Positions 21,101 through 29,926 of a stretch of DNA of 64,000 bases are shown one piece after another. How positions within the stretch are numbered: the stretch's first letter is position 1; the number at the start of each line of letters is the position of its first letter. Source of the DNA: Polyangia bacterium (lineage in GTDB: Bacteria; Myxococcota_A; Polyangia; JAAYKL01); NCBI GenBank assembly GCA_050287845.1, contig JBNKCR010000055.1, positions 128,001 to 192,000 on the forward strand, in the 5' to 3' direction. A program made the translations under genes and the position numbers. A model generated the notes under the pieces. It had not been told where the DNA came from, ran no database searches, and was given only the letters and a program-made list of their open reading frames with translations.

Positions 21101-22132
21101 GAACAGTACGAAAGCGTGCCTCTGTCGCTGGTATCCATGTCTCAGATTGAGGCATTTCCGTCGATTGCAGCGGTGGAAAGTGAAGAAAAATCAATTGTCA
21201 CGGAACATTCCGCTGCCGGGTTGCTATATGGTGTTTTCAGGGAAAAGGAGCTCTTTAAAGTCAGTGCGGAATACAGCGAGCCCTACAAAATCAATCTGCT
21301 GAATATTACGCCCGGAGATACGGTGCTTTCCGGTAATGACCTGTGTCAGGTGCCATCTTTTTATGTGGATAAAATTCAGATATTCAGCGAGCACGATCGG
21401 TTTGCGCTTCCGGCTACTGCCGGAAACTGTCGTGTCGCCGCAGTTATTTCCGCCCGAACGTTAATGGATACCGCCAGATACACCCCGGATGTAACCATCT
21501 CCGCCTGCAACGGTGAATGGAATTGCGATGCCCTCCGCGTTGATGACACCGCCGATGGCGGTTCAGATCCGATAATGTATTTTAATTCAGGTGAGTATGC
21601 CGGCGTACAGGTTGAATCCAGAATGGCCAGTATTGGATTCTACACCCTGAATCTTCGTCAGCCCGAAGTCATATACCGGGTCAGTGCTGAAACCGGCAAT
21701 CAGTATATTGAGTTGCAGATGGAACCGGGGGCATCCATGGATAACTGCCTTCTTGCGCGGCTGGATCCCGAATCCACAGATGATGTTCTGTTGGTCGAGC
21801 AGGCTCTTTCCGGCGTTGTTCCCGAAGATGGCCGTGTCTTCGTTGGGAATGCGGCATTCGGGTTTGTGGATGTTGGCGATGAAAACCGGGTCACTGATAT
21901 CGGAATTGAGGATGATTTCAAGCTGCGCCTCACATGCAGCGGGCGTGTGGCGGATCGGTTCCAGGTGGGTGGTGTGTCGGTGGTGCGATATTTATCTCCC
22001 ACTGTTCTGCTCGAAGGACCCCATCTGAAACACTACAAGGCGCCATGTTACATGCGCATTGGCAATGGAATCGACACCAACCGGAACGACAGGGACATTG
22101 TGCCTTCCACAAATTGTACCGTATTGAATTAG
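18182..22132 (+). CDS. Large (1316 aa) beta-rich surface lipoprotein with tandem Ig-like domains
   Basis: Lipobox VIAC; recurring Ig/IPT-like strands (VDNSASLGPTAVQV, ISPAATAGLKTF); C-terminus resembles a lamin-tail-type domain (YIEL, DTNRNDRD). Confidence 0.65.
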   Translation: MVASRALRTLQICASALMIAAVVIACTPPADDIPVETGIVSPYRVYRGTSALVALQAQGLNFSRCENLKGGPTALPSALNRIFSFHDGESGQRLDSLSVASVESVGPALVEMTVTVGQNAPDDVVELRFRCDTDRIIRAQMDVRSSAPRYSLVFSPDELYAGQDRQTVTVTRVLMDGTPSDEPDVPGLPTSVVLEKDAQVTVGNISRSDDPESLTISFDLDPAALPVGELSSPLIVNFVYPTDVYSGVLTILPDNSPYVTATPTRLYKPKAGDGPLSASISLKVASLFAESESLDSSRVTVSVPENPGVQLADTGCIQSGSDPDSIECPFVVDNSASLGPTAVQVQVGDITTYASVSVLPMALDDRIVRFWPDRINTCNLESCAEKLSENCRCPAQTVVAEMVGPDVSSDWSARLIGDNAENAELVSAQLVANDHWILSVRVPHTGEASGIGVEFVSGDGEQAMQGWLLLRDIGDVGAGFREIYTASKVDQTFVKRGEKPYSQRLKLQDTSFQIKDDSATGREALSTTRGGISLSNPISFTSGSMKTSGLWGGQGFVLDEFQVITEAPVGPAILRVTGESALADNDVWLKIVPGDGDTGVIFPTPDIIWLNRPTATVVFTASGDMALNSNTRFHIADPAISIQSVAFAEDSITGVASATVTLKISPAATAGLKTFYLSNADGSKAAVNIRGVKKEQFTVPRVEQSLAIYRSVGKGRISIQIKESMHNAPVALSIPTGIGATVDRYSTRHKFTLNNSNVVLSQYVLEVVFSLEAKGPGGWIGVSVNAGGERFVIPVKIVAETDSGEEDNSLTATLSRENIVPGSRDVTDLNIFIPQSMTRGDTPVFLGSVMSEVHTLDNNVYARLAEIPTEGGNSLRMAADFAYTLDLPADDRYPGVPISVSASEGAIVGFWDILPDDLIPQFDDDTFEIEADYSNIYTASEGGRTLIRGKVSPHVDNSWPASLIQIRGSRDWSEQYESVPLSLVSMSQIEAFPSIAAVESEEKSIVTEHSAAGLLYGVFREKELFKVSAEYSEPYKINLLNITPGDTVLSGNDLCQVPSFYVDKIQIFSEHDRFALPATAGNCRVAAVISARTLMDTARYTPDVTISACNGEWNCDALRVDDTADGGSDPIMYFNSGEYAGVQVESRMASIGFYTLNLRQPEVIYRVSAETGNQYIELQMEPGASMDNCLLARLDPESTDDVLLVEQALSGVVPEDGRVFVGNAAFGFVDVGDENRVTDIGIEDDFKLRLTCSGRVADRFQVGGVSVVRYLSPTVLLEGPHLKHYKAPCYMRIGNGIDTNRNDRDIVPSTNCTVLN

Positions 22133-22211
22133 CCAGACAGCGTCCGGGTTCACGACAGAGATGTTGAGATGTTGAACGGGAGAGAAGGGGGGGCCTGAAT
22201 TGCAATTCGGG

Positions 22212-22724
22212 TCAGGAAAGTTTGCGGCGTTTTTTCACCTGATCCATTGCCCGTTTATATTCAATTTCCCACTCGCTGGTGCCTTCCTGCAAGTTGCGGA
22301 TTTTACGTCTGGCTTCTTCGTCAATTTCATCTTCGATTTCTGTGTGCTTGCGCAATGTTTCCCGCATGACCACTTTCAGTTCGTTGTCTGCCGCATAAAT
22401 TTCGTCCACAAACTGGCTATGCATGAACACGCCAATGATCTGATCCATGATGTAGTCCATGGCGTCTTCACCGAAGATGAAGTTTTCTTTCTTGGCCAGC
22501 TGGCGTTTGAGCTTCGGGAAGGAATTGTATGGCAATCCCTGCCGCTCACAGATATCCTTGGCAGCGTCGGTCAGCTTTCGGTCCCTACGGATATATTCCC
22601 TGAGCACCGATGCAATATCCAGCTCCACTTCATTGGGACTGTCCGTCTCAATCGATTCAGCACTCAACAGGCGCTGGGTGATTTCAGCCGCGATAATATC
22701 TACTTTTCCGGAAAACAATTTCAT
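22212..22724 (-). CDS. DUF507 family protein
   Basis: EIDEEARRKIRNLQEGTSEWEIEY C-terminal motif. Confidence 0.75.
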   Translation of the reverse strand: MKLFSGKVDIIAAEITQRLLSAESIETDSPNEVELDIASVLREYIRRDRKLTDAAKDICERQGLPYNSFPKLKRQLAKKENFIFGEDAMDYIMDQIIGVFMHSQFVDEIYAADNELKVVMRETLRKHTEIEDEIDEEARRKIRNLQEGTSEWEIEYKRAMDQVKKRRKLS

Positions 22725-22865
22725 CGTCTCGACCTTTCCAAAAGGGTCATTGTTTCATTTAACCAAATTGGGCAGCCGAGTATGGATCGCGCTTAAAGTG
22801 AAGTCAATCTGCTTTTCGAACAAAACGTCTGGCGGGTATACCATCGCCCCACCTGTGGATTCTGT

Positions 22866-23303
22866 TCATTTGTTTCTGCTCTGCGCTTCCTTCTCGTATT
22901 TGGAGGGACATTTGGTAAGGATTTCCGTGGCGTTCAGGGCATCTTTACCGGGGATGAGGGTTCCTTCCACCACCAGTTCCTTGCCTTCACGCATGGTGTC
23001 CGGCAGAATTCCGGAATACTCCACATCAATCACGGATGCGTTTTTTTTCAGCTTAAATTTGAACTGATCCGTACCGGGTTTCTGCTGAATGGACTCCGGC
23101 ACCAGCAGACCGTTGATTCTCACCGGTGATTTTTCAAATTGTGCGCGGGCGTTGAGCGCTTCTTCCACTGTTTTGTAATATATCATGCTCTCTTCAAAAC
23201 TGGATGCTGTCAGCCAGGTAATGGCGCCAGCCACGACCAGAACAGTCACTATCGCTTTGATGAGTCGTTTCTTTGTTGCGGATTGGGTGTGTTTGTCGTT
23301 CAT
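22866..23303 (-). CDS. ccmE: Cytochrome c maturation heme chaperone CcmE (CxxxY variant)
   Basis: N-terminal TM, YYKTVEE, VEYSGILPDTMREG, VVEG, LTKCPSKY. Confidence 0.88.
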   Translation of the reverse strand: MNDKHTQSATKKRLIKAIVTVLVVAGAITWLTASSFEESMIYYKTVEEALNARAQFEKSPVRINGLLVPESIQQKPGTDQFKFKLKKNASVIDVEYSGILPDTMREGKELVVEGTLIPGKDALNATEILTKCPSKYEKEAQSRNK

Positions 23304-23318
23304 CTTTTCATCGGCATT

Positions 23319-23807
23319 CTAAAAATTGGGAGAGAACGTTTTCAGCGCAGTTTCCAGCCCGGGCGCCACTGCCTTGAATTTGACAAATTCTCCTGCTATT
23401 TCTATCACAATCAACCTGTGTTTGACAACAAAAATAGTTTCCTGAAAAATCCAGTCCTCGGCGCCATGGGGCAGGGCAAAGGTTAATGTGCATCCGTCCA
23501 ATCCCTTCCGGGTTCGAAAACAGTGGGTGCCGTTATGTACATAGCCCATCTTTTCCATATGTTCGCGGGTGGCATCTTTCCAGAAACTGAGGGATGCCGC
23601 GGGATAATTATCCACTTCTCTGGCTTTCAACATGACGCCATCGGCGGTGATATACTTGAACTCCTTATTATCATTGTATCTTTTGAACTGTTCCGGCGCG
23701 TTCATGGTATACGGCACTGTACTGCAGCCCAGCAGTGACACGGTGAAAATTGCCAGCAGCGCCACATGGCAGAACGTTCTTGCGGAAAATCCGTTTTCAA
23801 TGCGCAT
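23319..23807 (-). CDS. Hypothetical lipoprotein
   Basis: LLGC lipobox; paralogous to the C-terminal domain of the 24510-25784 protein. Confidence 0.75.
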   Translation of the reverse strand: MRIENGFSARTFCHVALLAIFTVSLLGCSTVPYTMNAPEQFKRYNDNKEFKYITADGVMLKAREVDNYPAASLSFWKDATREHMEKMGYVHNGTHCFRTRKGLDGCTLTFALPHGAEDWIFQETIFVVKHRLIVIEIAGEFVKFKAVAPGLETALKTFSPNF

Positions 23808-23808
23808 A

Positions 23809-24513
23809 TCAGAATTCCTCCAGAAACGTATTCAGATTGGCGTCGTTCAACCATTCAAACGGCGACGCCACGTAAAGCACTCTGTCCCGCTCATGAAAAC
23901 TGAAATGAATCACCAGCAGCGACCAGCGCGATTGTTCTTTCAAATATCGCAAACGGCCTTTCACCGACTCTATCTCGTCAACCAGTCTGGCCATGCTTCT
24001 TTCGATATCAAGAGTCGCTGCAAAATCGGCTTTGTCAAAAAATCCCCGGAGTTTGGCCAGAATTTCCTGTTGGCTGATGAGTTTTCCTTCCAACTGAGCA
24101 ATCTCCAGGGTCAAATCCTGCCGTTCGATGGTTTTTTGAATCACAATGCCCTGTTTCGAAAACAGCGCCATTGCTTCGGCCATTTTCGCTGGCGGGATTT
24201 TAAGCGTTATCGATGTATCATTGAGATGGGTTGCATACCCACCGAGAGTAGTTGCGGATTTTTTGATTGCATTGCGGGCAATGTCCACATTAATCACTTT
24301 GAGAACCATCGTTGTTTGTACTGACTCCAGACGCGCTTCGGGCGTGGGGGCAACAGGGCCGGGCGCCGACGTGGCAGACTCAGATTCAGTTGCTTCGACG
24401 ACTCGTGCAGCCGCGTCGTTGTCATCGGTGGATGCATTGGAGGTCTGGGCGAGTATGATGGGGGAAATAAAAATCGCCACAATGGCAACGAATATTGGGA
24501 TAGTGAATTTCAC
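23809..24513 (-). CDS. DUF4349 domain protein
   Basis: Signal peptide; GGY...ITLKIP, QDLT, coiled coil, IESVKGRLRYL. Confidence 0.8.
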   Translation of the reverse strand: MKFTIPIFVAIVAIFISPIILAQTSNASTDDNDAAARVVEATESESATSAPGPVAPTPEARLESVQTTMVLKVINVDIARNAIKKSATTLGGYATHLNDTSITLKIPPAKMAEAMALFSKQGIVIQKTIERQDLTLEIAQLEGKLISQQEILAKLRGFFDKADFAATLDIERSMARLVDEIESVKGRLRYLKEQSRWSLLVIHFSFHERDRVLYVASPFEWLNDANLNTFLEEF

Positions 24514-25784
24514 CTGGTCACCTCAAATGTTGCAAGGGCATTCAGGAGTTTTTCCTGATGCCGTTCATACGCGGCTTCGTTGGGAAAAAAGACTTCAAGT
24601 ACAAATAGTTCATCTTCCACAACACAGACACCGGTGAGATATAACCGGGGTTGCAACGAGGTATCCCTGAAAATCTGCCACGTCACTTTTCCTTTCTGTC
24701 CGTGGGTGACCAACGTTTCCCCCCGTCCCTTCATCTCATATGCGATGCTGTCCGACCAGAACCGGTTGTTGCCAGCGGGGTCATTGGCAACCACGCCGCC
24801 TCGAAGGACAGTGGTATCCGCCGCCTGCGCCCGATAATCGGCTGCTTCTGAAAAGAACACAAAATCATCCGGCAGGGTCATCTGAACTCTGCCCATCGCA
24901 CCGGTGAGGGTAGCGCGGTGAGCAGACAATTCTCTGATCCACGGGAAGGGAGACTGATGCCGAACCGTGGTTTCGTCCTGCAAAATGGGGGTTAAATCGA
25001 TGGTTATCGTAAAATAATCGAGGAGGTTCTGCAATGTGGCCAGTGTTGAAGTGATGGATTCAATCTGTTCCGAGAGCCGTTTGATCTCTTCGAGCACCTG
25101 CAGCCGCTCCCGGGGTTCGGTGATTCTGTTGAGCAGGGCCAGCAATCGCTCTCTCGTGTCTCTGGCCACTGCCAATCTCGAGTTGAGGTCGGTAAACTGC
25201 TCGGTCACTTCCACCGCCGAAATCTCGCGCGACAGCACGTCGCCCAATTGGCTGAACGTATCCATCATTGCTTCAAAATTCTTTCCCGGAATGCGGATCA
25301 CCATGGCGCGCTCCGTCATTGAATCCACATAACCGCCGTTTTCCCGGACGATTCGGGAGATTTCGTCCTGGGCTGCCAGCAGGCGCTTTACCCGCAGATG
25401 CAGATATCCGTCGTATACAATCAACGGCTCTTCCGGTGTCTGGAGCGACGTTCCGTTTGCAGAAGCTGCGGCGTGGGGTTCCGACTTGGTAATCGGTTCA
25501 AAACCTGAACCGCGTTGAGCTGCACTGGATACCGCATCGCCACTGTAAGGTTCCGGGGTGGCCGGCATCATATCCATATCCGCCATTATTTCATTTTCAG
25601 CCGTTCCACCGTAGTCCTCGGCCATACGCTCTTTTGACATTTCCGGTGGGGCTGCCGATGAATGCATCACCGTCTGCTGAGTGGCGTAGGCGTCGTCTGC
25701 CTCCGCAGCATCCCGTCCGGCGTGATTTGCCCCGCAAGATAGACATAACATCGCGGTAATCCCCAGAATCAAGCATATTCTCAT
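24510..25784 (-). CDS. DUF4349 domain lipoprotein with extra C-terminal domain
   Basis: LSC lipobox, GGYV, IRIP, EVTEQFTDL, ITIDL; start re-picked at ATG 25784 after GGGAG. Confidence 0.8.
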   Translation of the reverse strand: MRICLILGITAMLCLSCGANHAGRDAAEADDAYATQQTVMHSSAAPPEMSKERMAEDYGGTAENEIMADMDMMPATPEPYSGDAVSSAAQRGSGFEPITKSEPHAAASANGTSLQTPEEPLIVYDGYLHLRVKRLLAAQDEISRIVRENGGYVDSMTERAMVIRIPGKNFEAMMDTFSQLGDVLSREISAVEVTEQFTDLNSRLAVARDTRERLLALLNRITEPRERLQVLEEIKRLSEQIESITSTLATLQNLLDYFTITIDLTPILQDETTVRHQSPFPWIRELSAHRATLTGAMGRVQMTLPDDFVFFSEAADYRAQAADTTVLRGGVVANDPAGNNRFWSDSIAYEMKGRGETLVTHGQKGKVTWQIFRDTSLQPRLYLTGVCVVEDELFVLEVFFPNEAAYERHQEKLLNALATFEVTR

Positions 25785-25876
25785 ATCATTTCTCCCATTG
25801 GCACAATCGTGAGTTCTGTTATTACCGCCATTTGACGCGCTTACCATCAAAAAAGATCCTATTATTCCGGGGCTCG

Positions 25877-26116
25877 TCAGATATTCTCAACGCTCTTCAG
25901 CATTTCCGGCACAAAGTGTCCCCGTACCTTCACCAGACTCGGGGTATCATCCAGCTTGCGCACCGGAATGGTGGCGCCATCCGGTTGCAGCAGGTCCCCT
26001 TCCACGATGTCGTCATCGAATCGGTATTCCGTGACATCGCTGTCGGTCTGAGCGATCACCGTTGCAGAAATGAGAATTGCACAAATCATTGCCATCGCTG
26101 TGTTGAACGTTTTCAT
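25877..26116 (-). CDS. CglF/GltF-like small secreted protein
   Basis: Signal peptide, then YRFDDDIVEGDLLQPDG...SLVKVRGHFVPEMLKSVENI, matching the recalled myxobacterial CglF/GltF motif; AAGGA RBS. Confidence 0.75.
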   Translation of the reverse strand: MKTFNTAMAMICAILISATVIAQTDSDVTEYRFDDDIVEGDLLQPDGATIPVRKLDDTPSLVKVRGHFVPEMLKSVENI

Positions 26117-26153
26117 GGGGGTTTCCTTTCGGTTGAATTGTTCTGATGACTTT

Positions 26154-26178
26154 GTCGTGAGAGGAGGGATAAAGGTTT
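26154..26178 (-). promoter_or_regulatory. Putative ECF-sigma promoter (AAAC-N17-CGAC)
   Basis: Same architecture as the motif upstream of the ECF sigma gene at 28012-28036. Confidence 0.45.
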
Positions 26179-26200
26179 TAAATTTTTTTAAGAGAGCGTT

Positions 26201-27340
26201 TTATTCAAAAACAGAATGCACGTGCTTCCAGTATCGATCCCTGGGGTGTTGCTGCAGATACTCACGAATTTTCGCTTTTCCGGCAGCGTGATTTCCATTC
26301 TTCAGATGGGTACAGGCGTCCTCCAGCAGTTGCTCTGCTGCCGGAATAGTGGGCATTTGCGTATTGGGTGCGACTGTCGGCGGGTTCTTCGATTCCACCG
26401 TCATGTCGTCTTCGGGGGGGACCAGGATTTCTTTTGGGGGGGTGTCCGCAATGCCTCCACCTCGCTTCCGGGGTCGGGTTGACCTCGGCTTTTTCCGGGA
26501 ATCCATAGCGGGAGCTGTGGTTGGTTTCTCGACTGCAGGATTTCCATTCACTGTATCCGTTGCAGGCAACGACAATTCGGGCAATTTCGGTCCCGGCAAT
26601 GCATAGGTTTTTTCAGGAATCAATAACGCCGAAATGACATCACTCGCATCAAGGGGTCGACGGGTGTCGATGATGTTGTTTTTTACCCGGATATACCACC
26701 CCGCATCCACAATCTCCCGAACGCTGCCTGCGAGTAACGCAATTCTTCCTTCGAAAAGACGAAGCTCCGTTTCATCTGCGGTGACCTGCAGAGAAAAGAT
26801 CGTCCCCAGCACTTCAATGACGCAACTCGCGGTATGGATTTTCGTTGGAGCGCTGCGTTTATTGAAACTGGCCAGCACTCCGCCGGAAGTCAGGTTCAAA
26901 TCACCGGCATCAGAAAGAAAGGAGACCGTTGTTTCTGCGGGCATCCAGAGGGTGGATTGATCGTTCAAAACCACCTTGGCGCCGCCGGCAGTGGGCACGC
27001 GGACCGGCCGATGAAGCGGAATTGACGAAACCAGTCCACTCATTTCCCCCAATAGATGGGGGGGATGATTCGTATTTGCTGTAACCTGAATCGGTGCGTC
27101 GGACCACGGAATCTTCCGGTATCCGAGGAACCCCAGCCCCAGAATCAGCAGCGCCGCCACACCCGGCACAAGAATGCGGGAGATGCGGCGGGGATGGCGG
27201 CCGGCATTATCTTTCCGCAACCGTGAGACCAGATTCCGTCTGGTCAACTCATCGGCGGATTCGGTTCGAATGGCGCAATGATCCAGCTCACGTCGAAATG
27301 AATCCCATTTTTTGCGGTTCTGAAACAGCGGCTTCATCAT
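26201..27340 (-). CDS. FecR-domain anti-sigma factor with C-terminal TPR-like helices
   Basis: Single TM, IEVLGTIFSL FecR motif, LFEGRI, Pro-rich linker, EYLQQHP tail. Confidence 0.8.
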   Translation of the reverse strand: MMKPLFQNRKKWDSFRRELDHCAIRTESADELTRRNLVSRLRKDNAGRHPRRISRILVPGVAALLILGLGFLGYRKIPWSDAPIQVTANTNHPPHLLGEMSGLVSSIPLHRPVRVPTAGGAKVVLNDQSTLWMPAETTVSFLSDAGDLNLTSGGVLASFNKRSAPTKIHTASCVIEVLGTIFSLQVTADETELRLFEGRIALLAGSVREIVDAGWYIRVKNNIIDTRRPLDASDVISALLIPEKTYALPGPKLPELSLPATDTVNGNPAVEKPTTAPAMDSRKKPRSTRPRKRGGGIADTPPKEILVPPEDDMTVESKNPPTVAPNTQMPTIPAAEQLLEDACTHLKNGNHAAGKAKIREYLQQHPRDRYWKHVHSVFE

Positions 27341-27996
27341 ATGACTCCCCCCGACTTTTTTCCCGATGGCTTTTCGGGGTGCACCATCAATTCCCTGAGC
27401 ACCGCGCTCTTCGCTGCCTTTTTCATCATATCCCGTCGTGCAAAGAAAATTCGGGATTTCACCGTTGGTCCATTTGAACCGGTCATTTCCGCTATTTCTG
27501 AAATGGTATACCCTTCCATTTCAAACAGTATGAATGCAATCCGGCGTTTGGGGCTCAGGGTATTGAGAATGGCATACAGTTCGCGGATTTCAGCGCGGAC
27601 GGACATTGACTCGCACTGTTCAGCAGGCACCGGGGGAAACGCGGTATCACCGTCGGCAATTGGTTTGCGCTTTTTTTTACGGAGCCAGGACAGGGCGACG
27701 TTGGCAGTCATCCGATGCAACCAGGTGGCAAACCGGCAATCACCCCTGAATGCGTGGACTGACTGGAGCACATGCACAAAAACATCCTGAAGTAAGTCGT
27801 CCACATATTCGTTTGGCCCCAGAATCCCCACCAGTAACCTTCGAACATATGTGCCGTGCATTTCATACAGCTTGCCGACAGCATAGGCATCACCCTGTTG
27901 GGCCTTTTCTACCAGAGACTGCTCAATCAGAATATCTTCCCGAGTCGCGTGCTGTTTTCTTTCACCGGATGATTGCAGGGGTGGCCTCCTATTCAA
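27337..27996 (-). CDS. ECF RNA polymerase sigma factor (start uncertain)
   Basis: DDLLQDVF, FATWLHRMTAN, FILFEMEG, GPTVKSRIFFAR. Confidence 0.88.
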   Translation of the reverse strand: MNRRPPLQSSGERKQHATREDILIEQSLVEKAQQGDAYAVGKLYEMHGTYVRRLLVGILGPNEYVDDLLQDVFVHVLQSVHAFRGDCRFATWLHRMTANVALSWLRKKKRKPIADGDTAFPPVPAEQCESMSVRAEIRELYAILNTLSPKRRIAFILFEMEGYTISEIAEMTGSNGPTVKSRIFFARRDMMKKAAKSAVLRELMVHPEKPSGKKSGGVI

Positions 27997-28011
27997 ACCA
28001 ACTGTATATCG

Positions 28012-28036
28012 GACGCCGTGTGCTGTGAAAAAGTTT
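28012..28036 (-). promoter_or_regulatory. Putative autoregulatory ECF promoter (AAAC-N17-CGTC)
   Basis: Typical ECF -35 AAC / -10 CGTC directly upstream of the sigma gene. Confidence 0.45.
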
Positions 28037-28180
28037 GAAGGAAAAATAAAAAAAAGCCGGCCGCATGAAATTTCAAAAATAGTGGGTGTTGAAGTTTCCG
28101 ATGAGGGGAAAAGCCACACGCCGGGTCATTTTTCCTGCAACAGAACTTGAGTGTAGCCGAGCGGGAAGCAACAAACCGGG

Positions 28181-28210
28181 CGTGAATGCCCATCTCGTGA
28201 ATGCCCATCT
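28181..28210. repeat. Perfect 15-nt tandem duplication
   Basis: cgtgaatgcccatct twice, in the intergenic gap. Confidence 0.9.
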
Positions 28211-28461
28211 GCCGCTTCCTGGAAGGGTAGTTCCGTCTATACTTTATCTTTTCCCCTTAAATGACCATTGAACAGAATGACTAAAAACGCTGCAGAACCT
28301 GCTTGACTTCATTTCCAACACCATATAGTAATGGCATCTCAACAACCTTACTGATTTTGCGAAGACTCTCTATTTCGACGTGAATAGCCGCTATTCAGCG
28401 TTTTTTCTGTGTGCTCAAAGGGGCGCAGAAAGTCACAACAATATCGAGAGGAGAATAGTCC

Positions 28462-28800
28462 ATGGCAAAAGCAACGTTTCTTCAATTGTTGCGGGTTCAA
28501 ATTCCGCCGGAGATCATTAAACGCCAGGACCGGGTCAAGTACCTGGTCCTGCCAATCTGGCGTGCCAAAGAGCTGATGCCGGAAATCGAAAATACCGTTG
28601 TGCGCATGTCTGAGGGGAAATCGAATGAATTTGATGATTTCATTGAAGTTCAGGTGAACAAGTTCCTCGAAGGCGAAAAGCCCCCTGCAGAAATCGAAAC
28701 AATGATCATGAACTTCGCCGATTGCAAACTGCGGGGCGAGGACATTGTCATTCGTGCAGGCGATTACATCGCTCTACAGAACTATTATCAAAACGGTTAA
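28462..28800 (+). CDS. Hypothetical protein (112 aa), first gene of the radical SAM cassette
   Basis: GAGGAG RBS, clean ORF, no recognised domain. Confidence 0.75.
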   Translation: MAKATFLQLLRVQIPPEIIKRQDRVKYLVLPIWRAKELMPEIENTVVRMSEGKSNEFDDFIEVQVNKFLEGEKPPAEIETMIMNFADCKLRGEDIVIRAGDYIALQNYYQNG

Positions 28801-28869
28801 AAACATCCTGGTAGTCCACAATTCGAAGCGATCAATTTCGGCATAACATATGCCGTGCTTTGAACCAGA

Positions 28870-29901
28870 ATGGAGGCGACGTTGACTTTCGTAGGTTTTC
28901 CTTTCATCGTTGGTTGGGAATTTACTCAGCAATGCAATTTGCGGTGTCAGCATTGCGGTTCCTCTGCAGGCGAACCGCGCCCGGAGGAATTGAGCACGAA
29001 AGAGGCATTGGATATCTGCGATCAATTCACGGACCTTCTGGTTCAGGAGGTGGATTTCACCGGTGGTGAGCCCCTGCTGCGCAATGACTTCGACAAAGTT
29101 GTATCAAAACTGACCCGTAGCGGCATTCTTGTCAATGTCCTGACCAATGGACTGATCATGTCGTCGGACACAGTGTCTCGGTTAAAAGATCTCGGTATCT
29201 CATGTGTCGGTATCAGTCTCGATGGCATGGAAAGCACACATGACAGGATAAGAGCCCGAACGGGATCGTTTAATGCCGTGTTGACTGCCATGGATAACAT
29301 GCAGCAACAGGACATGCCCTTTAACGTTATTTCCACCATCAGCAGCTGTAATCTAAATGAATTACCGGCTCTGCATAGCCTTTTGTCACAATACGGTACC
29401 ACCCACTGGCGGCTTCAGGCCATTTTCCCCGAAGGCAGAGCGAAGCAGCATTCTGAACTGACGCTGGACAAAACCGGACTAGCGCGTTTGGGGCGGTTTA
29501 TTCAGACAAACCATGCGATCTCCACAACGAATGCTCCTGAAATTCTGTGCAGCGACGGCTTGCAATATGTCGTTCAGAATCCCGAGAACGAAAGCCCATG
29601 GCGTGGCTGTCCTGCGGGGATCACCGCCTGCGGAATAACCAGCGACGGCAGGATTAAAGGATGTCTTTCCATGCCGGATGAGCTTATCGAAGGTGACCTG
29701 CGAAAAGATACGTTATGGCGTATCTGGTTTCGCGACGATGCCTTTCCATACAGCAGGGCTGCCTGTGCTGAGCATGTCGGCGATAACTGCAACAACTGCC
29801 CAAAGATTGCTGAATGCAAAGGCGGATGCTCGGTAAGCTCATATGCGCTCACTGGCAAATTCAATAATGATCCTTATTGCGTCTATAATGCCCTTCAATA
29901 A
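28870..29901 (+). CDS. Radical SAM/SPASM domain enzyme
   Basis: CNLRCQHC, TGGEPLLR, ISLDG, SPASM GCPAG...GRIKGC...CNNC...CKGGC...YC. Confidence 0.93.
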   Translation: MEATLTFVGFPFIVGWEFTQQCNLRCQHCGSSAGEPRPEELSTKEALDICDQFTDLLVQEVDFTGGEPLLRNDFDKVVSKLTRSGILVNVLTNGLIMSSDTVSRLKDLGISCVGISLDGMESTHDRIRARTGSFNAVLTAMDNMQQQDMPFNVISTISSCNLNELPALHSLLSQYGTTHWRLQAIFPEGRAKQHSELTLDKTGLARLGRFIQTNHAISTTNAPEILCSDGLQYVVQNPENESPWRGCPAGITACGITSDGRIKGCLSMPDELIEGDLRKDTLWRIWFRDDAFPYSRAACAEHVGDNCNNCPKIAECKGGCSVSSYALTGKFNNDPYCVYNALQ

Positions 29902-29926
29902 CGCCCCAAAAAGGAGAACACAGGAA

